DNA of 34,178 nucleotides from a virus (Duplodnaviria; Heunggongvirae; Uroviricota; Caudoviricetes). Position numbers and translations under genes: made by a program. Below the pieces are notes generated by a model that ran no database searches, was not told the DNA's origin, and saw only the letters and a list, made by a program, of their open reading frames with translations. Positions 28,492-34,178 of the stretch are shown here, piece after piece (positions within the stretch are counted from its first letter, which is position 1; each line of letters starts with the position of its first letter). The stretch is taken from the IMG/VR virus record IMGVR_UViG_2526164598_000024. One strand, 5' to 3'.

Positions 28492-28643
28492 CGTTTCCGA
28501 AAAATCTCTCGGTCGATGACCTGATGGCAGATGTGGCTGTGATATTTCACTGGCCGCCATCAGAACTGTATCCCATGAGTCTGACCGAACTCATCACATG
28601 GCGCGAAAAGGCGCTCCGGCGAAGCGGAAACACGAATGAGTAA
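28216..28643 (+). CDS. E': Tail assembly chaperone E+E' (-1 programmed frameshift product)
   Basis: Slippery site GGTTTTTTG at 28462..28470; in the -1 frame the ORF continues (FVAELGAVTFPKNLSVDDLMADVAVIFHWPPSELYPMSLTELITWREKALRRSGNTNE) to TAA at 28641..28643, overlapping the tape-measure start. Same arrangement as P2 E/E' and lambda G/GT. Confidence 0.7.
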
Positions 28644-31083
28644 CAATGTAAAATTACAGGTATTGCTCAGGGCTGTTGACCAGGCATCCCGCCCGTTTAA
28701 ATCCATCCGCACAGCGAGCAAATCGCTGTCGGGGGATATCCGGGAAACACAAAAATCACTGCGCGAGCTGAACGGTCAGGCATCCCGTATTGAGGGATTT
28801 CGCAAGACCAGTGCACAGCTCGCCGTGACTGGTCATGCACTTGAAAAGGCACGGCAGGAGGCCGAAGCCCTTGCCACACAGTTTAAAAACACCGAACGTC
28901 CGACACGTGCTCAGGCGAAAGTGCTGGAATCCGCGAAGCGTGCGGCGGAGGACTTACAGGCGAAATATAACCGCCTGACGGATTCCGTTAAACGCCAGCA
29001 GCGGGAACTGGCCGTTGTGGGAATTAATACCCGCAATCTTGCACATGATGAGCAGGGACTGAAAAACCGTATCAGTGAAACCACCGCACAGCTTAACCGT
29101 CAGCGTGACGCGCTGGCGCGTGTCAGTGCGCAACAGGCAAAACTTAACGCAGTAAAACAGCGTTATCAGGCAGGCAAGGAACTGGCCGGAAATATGGCCT
29201 CAGTGGGCGCTGCCGGTGTGGGGATTGCGGCGGCGGGAACGATGGCCGGAGTTAAGTTGCTGATGCCAGGTTATGAGTTTGCGCAGAAAAACTCAGAATT
29301 GCTGGCCGTGCTCGGAGTGGCAAAAGACTCCGCCGAAATGACCGCACTACGCAAACAGGCGCGCCAGCTCGGCGACAATACCGCCGCCTCGGCGGATGAT
29401 GCGGCCGGTGCACAGATAATCATCGCGAAAGCCGGTGGGGATGTTGATGCCATTCAGGCGGCAACGCCGGTCACGCTGAATATGGCGCTGGCGAACCGCC
29501 GCACGATGGAAGAAAACGCCGCCCTGCTGATGGGGATGAAATCCGCCTTTCAGCTTTCAAACGATAAGGTCGCTCATATCGGGGATGTTCTCTCCATGAC
29601 GATGAACAAAACCGCCGCCGATTTTGACGGCATGAGCGATGCGCTGACCTATGCCGCACCTGTGGCAAAAAATGCCGGTGTCAGCATTGAAGAAACCGCC
29701 GCAATGGTCGGGGCGCTGCATGATGCAAAAATCACAGGCTCAATGGCGGGGACGGGAAGCCGTGCCGTGTTAAGCCGCCTGCAGGCACCGACGGGAAAAG
29801 CGTGGGATGCACTGAAAGAGCTTGGTGTGAAAACCTCAGACAGCAAGGGAAACACCCGACCAGTATTTACCATTCTGAAAGAAATGCAGGCCAGTTTTGA
29901 GAAAAACCGGCTCGGTACTGCCCAGCAGGCAGAATACATGAAAACCATTTTCGGGGAGGAGGCCAGCTCAGCCGCCGCTGTGCTGATGACTGCCGCGTCA
30001 ACCGGAAAGCTGGACAAACTGACCGCTGCGTTTAAAGCCTCAGACGGAAAGACCGCAGAACTGGTAAATATCATGCAGGACAACCTCGGCGGTGACTTTA
30101 AGGAGTTTCAGTCCGCTTATGAGGCGGTGGGGACTGACCTGTTTGACCAGCAGGAAGGCGCACTGCGTAAGCTCACTCAGACGGCCACAAAGTATGTGTT
30201 AAAACTCGACGGCTGGATCCAGAAAAACAAATCACTGGCGTCAACCATCGGCATCATTGCCGGTGGCGCACTGGCGCTGACTGGCATCATCGGTGCCATT
30301 GGTCTTGTAGCCTGGCCGGTTATCACCGGCATCAATGCCATCATCGCGGCAGCAGGCGCAATGGGGGCAATCTTCACGACGGTTGGCAGTGCTGTTATGA
30401 CGGCCATCGGGGCGATTAGCTGGCCGGTTGTGGCCGTGGTGGCCGCCATTGTCGCCGGGGTGTTGCTTATCCGTAAATACTGGGAGCCTGTCAGCGCATT
30501 CTTTGGCGGTGTGGTGGAAGGGCTGAAAGCGGCATTTGCGCCGGTGGGGGAACTGTTCACGCCACTTAAGCCGGTGTTTGACTGGCTGGGCGAAAAGTTA
30601 CAGGCCGCGTGGCAGTGGTTTAAAAACCTGATTGCCCCGGTCAAAGCCACACAGGACACCCTGAACCGTTGCCGTGACACGGGCGTCATGTTCGGGCAGG
30701 CACTGGCTGACGCGCTGATGCTGCCGCTTAATGCGTTCAACAAACTGCGCAGCGGCATTGACTGGGTACTGGAAAAGCTCGGGGTCATCAACAAAGAGTC
30801 AGACACACTTGACCAGACCGCCGCCAGAACTCATGCCGCCACGTATGGCACCGGTGGTTATATTCCGGCGACCAGCTCTTATGCAGGCTATCAGGCTTAT
30901 CAGCCGGTCACGGCACCGGCTGGCCGCTCTTATGTGGACCAGAGTAAAAACGAATATCACATCAGCCTGACGGGTGGTACTGCGCCGGGGACACAGCTTG
31001 ACCGCCAGTTACAGGATGCGCTCGAAAAATACGAGCGGGATAAACGTGCGCGCGCCCGTGCCAGCATGATGCATGACGGTTAA
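28636..31083 (+). CDS. T: Tail tape-measure protein T
   Basis: 815 aa, P2 gpT length; Ala-rich coiled-coil N-terminal half and glycine/hydrophobic transmembrane-like block (about aa 530-600). Confidence 0.9.
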   Translation: MSNNVKLQVLLRAVDQASRPFKSIRTASKSLSGDIRETQKSLRELNGQASRIEGFRKTSAQLAVTGHALEKARQEAEALATQFKNTERPTRAQAKVLESAKRAAEDLQAKYNRLTDSVKRQQRELAVVGINTRNLAHDEQGLKNRISETTAQLNRQRDALARVSAQQAKLNAVKQRYQAGKELAGNMASVGAAGVGIAAAGTMAGVKLLMPGYEFAQKNSELLAVLGVAKDSAEMTALRKQARQLGDNTAASADDAAGAQIIIAKAGGDVDAIQAATPVTLNMALANRRTMEENAALLMGMKSAFQLSNDKVAHIGDVLSMTMNKTAADFDGMSDALTYAAPVAKNAGVSIEETAAMVGALHDAKITGSMAGTGSRAVLSRLQAPTGKAWDALKELGVKTSDSKGNTRPVFTILKEMQASFEKNRLGTAQQAEYMKTIFGEEASSAAAVLMTAASTGKLDKLTAAFKASDGKTAELVNIMQDNLGGDFKEFQSAYEAVGTDLFDQQEGALRKLTQTATKYVLKLDGWIQKNKSLASTIGIIAGGALALTGIIGAIGLVAWPVITGINAIIAAAGAMGAIFTTVGSAVMTAIGAISWPVVAVVAAIVAGVLLIRKYWEPVSAFFGGVVEGLKAAFAPVGELFTPLKPVFDWLGEKLQAAWQWFKNLIAPVKATQDTLNRCRDTGVMFGQALADALMLPLNAFNKLRSGIDWVLEKLGVINKESDTLDQTAARTHAATYGTGGYIPATSSYAGYQAYQPVTAPAGRSYVDQSKNEYHISLTGGTAPGTQLDRQLQDALEKYERDKRARARASMMHDG

Positions 31084-31097
31084 GGAGGTGACGAAAA

Positions 31098-31577
31098 ATG
31101 ATGCTCGCGTTAGGTATGTTTGTTTTTATGCGCCAGACGCTGCCACACCAGACCATGCAGCGTGAATCAGATTATCGCTGGCCGTCAAATTCCCGTATCG
31201 GTAAACGGGATGCCTACCAGTTTCTCGGCGTTGGCGAGGAAAACATGACGCTGGCCGGTGTGCTTTATCCCGAACTGACCGGCGGCAAGCTGACGATGAC
31301 CACGCTCAGGCTGATGGCAGAGGAAGGTCGGGCGTGGCCGTTGCTGGATGGCACCGGCATGATTTACGGCATGTATGTCATCAGCAGGGTGAGTGAAACA
31401 GGGAGTATTTTCTTTGCAGACGGCACACCCCGAAAAATTGATTTTACGCTGTCGCTCACCCGCGTTGACGAATCACTGGCCGCGCTTTATGGCGATATCG
31501 GTAAACAGGCGGAATCGCTCATCGGTAAGGCTGGCAGTATGGCGACTAAATTCACAGGTATGACGGGGGCGGGATAA
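31098..31577 (+). CDS. U: Tail protein U
   Basis: 159 aa; AGGAGG Shine-Dalgarno; P2 gpU length. Confidence 0.85.
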   Translation: MMLALGMFVFMRQTLPHQTMQRESDYRWPSNSRIGKRDAYQFLGVGEENMTLAGVLYPELTGGKLTMTTLRLMAEEGRAWPLLDGTGMIYGMYVISRVSETGSIFFADGTPRKIDFTLSLTRVDESLAALYGDIGKQAESLIGKAGSMATKFTGMTGAG

Positions 31578-32740
31578 TGCTGGATGCACTGACATTTGAT
31601 GCAGGCAGTACGCTGACGCCGGATTACATGCTGATGCTCGACAGCAGGGATATTACCGGCAATATCAGCGACCGTCTAATGAGCATGACTCTGACGGATA
31701 ACCGGGGCTTTGAGGCTGACCAGCTTGATATTGAACTGAACGATGCCGACGGGCAGGTCGGGCTGCCGATTCGTGGCGCTGTCCTGACGGTGTATATCGG
31801 CTGGAAAGGTTTTGCCCTGGTATGCAAAGGGAAATTTACCGTTGATGAGGTTGAACACCGGGGCGCGCCGGATGTGGTCACCATCCGCGCCCGGAGTGCA
31901 GATTTTCGCGGGACGCTCAATTCCCGCCGTGAAGGCTCCTGGCATGACACCACGCTCGGTGCGATTGTTGAGGCAATAGCCTCCCGTAACAGGCTGGAAG
32001 CCAGTGTCGCGCCGTCACTGGCCGGAATTAAAATCCCGCACATCGACCAGTCGCAGGAGTCTGATGCAAAATTCCTGACCCGCCTTGCTGAACGCAACGG
32101 CGGTGAGGTGTCGGTAAAAATGGGAAAATTGTTGTTTCTCAAAGCGGGGCAGGGGGTGACGGCCAGCGGTAAAAAAATCCAGCAGGTCACCATCACCCGC
32201 AGCGACGGCGACCGTCATCATTTTGCGATTGCTGACCGTGGAGCCTACACCGGCGTAACGGCAAAGTGGTTACACACCAAAGACCCGAAGCCGCAAAAGC
32301 AGAAGGTAAAACTGAAACGCAAAAAGAAAGAGAAACACCTGCGCGCACTGGAGCACCCGAAAGCGAAACCGGTCAGGCAGAAGAAAGCGCCAAAAGTACC
32401 GGAAGCGCGCGAAGGTGAATACATGGCCGGTGAGGCTGACAACGTTTTTGCCCTGACCACGGTATATGCCACGAAAGCACAGGCCATGCGCGCCGCTCAG
32501 GCTAAGTGGGATAAACTGCAACGGAGTGTAGCAGAGTTCTCCATCAGCCTGGCTACCGGTCGGGCCGATATTTACACGGAAACACCGGTTAAAGTGTCAG
32601 GCTTTAAGCGCGTCATAGACGAGCAGGACTGGACAATCACTAAGGTGACACATTTTCTTAATAATAGCGGCTTCACGACGTCCTTAGATCTTGAGGTCAG
32701 GCTTTCTGATGTGGAGTACGAAACAGAAGATGATGAGTGA
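31577..32740 (+). CDS. D: Tail protein D (late gene D)
   Basis: 387 aa; ATG overlaps U stop (TAATG); P2 gpD length; internal Lys-rich stretch. Confidence 0.85.
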   Translation: MLDALTFDAGSTLTPDYMLMLDSRDITGNISDRLMSMTLTDNRGFEADQLDIELNDADGQVGLPIRGAVLTVYIGWKGFALVCKGKFTVDEVEHRGAPDVVTIRARSADFRGTLNSRREGSWHDTTLGAIVEAIASRNRLEASVAPSLAGIKIPHIDQSQESDAKFLTRLAERNGGEVSVKMGKLLFLKAGQGVTASGKKIQQVTITRSDGDRHHFAIADRGAYTGVTAKWLHTKDPKPQKQKVKLKRKKKEKHLRALEHPKAKPVRQKKAPKVPEAREGEYMAGEADNVFALTTVYATKAQAMRAAQAKWDKLQRSVAEFSISLATGRADIYTETPVKVSGFKRVIDEQDWTITKVTHFLNNSGFTTSLDLEVRLSDVEYETEDDE

Positions 32741-32821
32741 TGTTTTTATTTTATCTGTTTGTTTTGTAAGGATAAATTAACTAAAATGACACCATCAACA
32801 AAACCGGAAGAGGTGCTCGCG

Positions 32822-33040
32822 ATGTTTCATTGTCCTTTATGCCAGCATGCCGCACATGCGCGTACAAGCCGCTATATCACTGACACGACAAAAGAGCGTT
32901 ATCACCAGTGTCAGAACGTGAATTGCAGCGCCACGTTCATCACTTATGAGTCGGTGCAGCGATACATCGTGAAGCCGGGAGAAGTCCACGCCGTAAGGCC
33001 GCACCCGTTGCCGTCAGGACAGCAAATTATGTGGATGTGA
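32822..33040 (+). CDS. ogr: Late transcription activator Ogr (C4 zinc finger)
   Basis: ATG at 32822 gives 72 aa MFHCPLCQHAAHARTSRYITDTTKERYHQCQNVNCSATF... with the CxxC-N22-CxxxxC zinc-binding pattern; recognisably Ogr; last phage gene before host DNA. Confidence 0.9.
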   Translation: MFHCPLCQHAAHARTSRYITDTTKERYHQCQNVNCSATFITYESVQRYIVKPGEVHAVRPHPLPSGQQIMWM

Positions 33041-33051
33041 TCACAAAAATA

Positions 33052-33076
33052 GCCCCTCAGTTGAGGGGCTTTATTT
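33052..33076 (+). terminator. Rho-independent terminator after ogr
   Basis: GC-rich hairpin GCCCCTCA-GT-TGAGGGGC followed by TTTATTT. Confidence 0.7.
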
Positions 33077-33167
33077 ATGGTCGATGTGGACGCTATGTGG
33101 ACAGAGTTTGATATAAATCCATTTATATCATCAGGTTAGGTGCTTTTTTGTGACACCATCCCTGTCT

Positions 33168-33194
33168 TCCCCCACATGATGTGGGGTTTTTTTT
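33168..33194 (+). terminator. Rho-independent terminator-like hairpin with T8 tract
   Basis: CCCCCACAT-GATGTGGGG stem followed by TTTTTTTT; may belong to the host gene upstream of fieF or to the att region. Confidence 0.6.
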
Positions 33195-33275
33195 ATCCTC
33201 AATTTGCCTGCTGCTTAATGCATTGCAGATGATTTGCTTCCGTTATACTAGCGTCAGTTGATAGCGGGAGTATTT

Positions 33276-34178
33276 ATGAATCAATCTTATGGACGGCTGG
33301 TCAGTCGGGCGGCGATTGCTGCGACGGCGATGGCTTCGTTGCTATTGCTGATTAAAATTTTTGCATGGTGGTATACCGGGTCGGTGAGTATTCTCGCCGC
33401 GCTGGTGGATTCGCTGGTGGATATCGGCGCGTCGTTGACGAATTTATTGGTGGTGCGATATTCCCTGCAACCTGCCGACGATAATCACTCGTTTGGTCAC
33501 GGTAAAGCTGAGTCCCTCGCGGCGCTGGCGCAAAGTATGTTTATCTCCGGTTCGGCACTATTCCTGTTTTTGACGGGTATTCAACATCTGATATCTCCAA
33601 CACCGATGACAGATCCAGGCGTCGGGGTTATCGTGACAATTGTGGCGCTAATTTGTACGATTATCCTTGTCTCGTTTCAGCGTTGGGTGGTGCGGCGGAC
33701 GCAAAGCCAGGCGGTGCGGGCTGATATGCTACATTACCAGTCTGATGTTATGATGAACGGCGCAATTCTGCTGGCGCTGGGGTTGTCCTGGTACGGCTGG
33801 CATCGCGCCGATGCTCTGTTTGCATTGGGAATCGGCATCTATATTTTATATAGCGCGTTACGCATGGGATATGAGGCGGTACAGTCATTACTGGATCGCG
33901 CATTGCCTGATGAGGAACGGCAAGAAATTATTGATATCGTGACTTCCTGGCCGGGTGTTAGCGGCGCTCACGATCTTCGCACGCGGCAGTCAGGGCCGAC
34001 CCGCTTTATTCAGATTCATTTGGAAATGGAAGACTCTCTGCCTTTGGTTCAGGCACATATGGTGGCGGATCAGGTAGAGCAGGCTATTTTACGGCGTTTT
34101 CCGGGATCGGATGTAATTATCCATCAGGACCCCTGTTCCGTCGTACCCAGGGAGGGTAAACGGTCTATGCTTTCATAA
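33276..34178 (+). CDS. fieF: Cation-diffusion-facilitator family metal efflux transporter FieF (YiiP)
   Basis: 300-aa protein starting [49 protein letters not shown]..., recognisable as E. coli FieF/YiiP; six hydrophobic helices then cytoplasmic C-terminal domain; marks host chromosome to the right of the prophage. Confidence 0.9.

Noticed and set aside
28171-30806. Antisense ORFs inside FII/E/T genes (e.g. 28171..28560, 29649..30083, 30177..30806)
   Set aside because: Same reasoning: overlapped completely by tail genes matching P2 in size and order; composition-driven open frames.
1-34178. Search for CRISPR arrays, tRNA/tmRNA genes and rRNA
   Set aside because: No regularly spaced direct repeats and no cloverleaf-like or rRNA-like conserved segments were seen; the right flank is a protein-coding host gene rather than a tRNA.

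Overview
This window is a near-complete P2-family temperate prophage in an enterobacterial (E. coli-like) chromosome, followed by the host gene fieF. From the left it reads: integrase, C repressor, cox, the early replication genes (orf78-like, B, orf80-83-like, A), a cargo hotspot, the cos site, then the full P2 late-gene map (Q P O N M L X Y K lysA lysB lysC R S V W J I H G, a Z/fun-position cargo gene, FI FII E/E' T U D ogr). Gene order and most protein lengths match P2 as I recall it; no database search was run. The most interesting region is the AT-rich cargo island between gene A and cos (about 5.8-10.6 kb), which is where P2 carries tin/old. Here it holds a Dcm-family C5-cytosine methyltransferase, a convergent 331-aa protein with no motif I can recognise, and a ParB/Srx N-terminal-domain protein of about 373 aa whose gene has been split by an intact IS2 (1331 bp, 5-bp TTGGC target-site duplication). 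I read this as a candidate uncharacterised restriction-modification-like or anti-phage module, now partly inactivated by the IS2. A second AT-rich cargo gene (299 aa, unknown function) sits at the Z/fun position between G and FI. No rRNA, tRNA or CRISPR array was seen.
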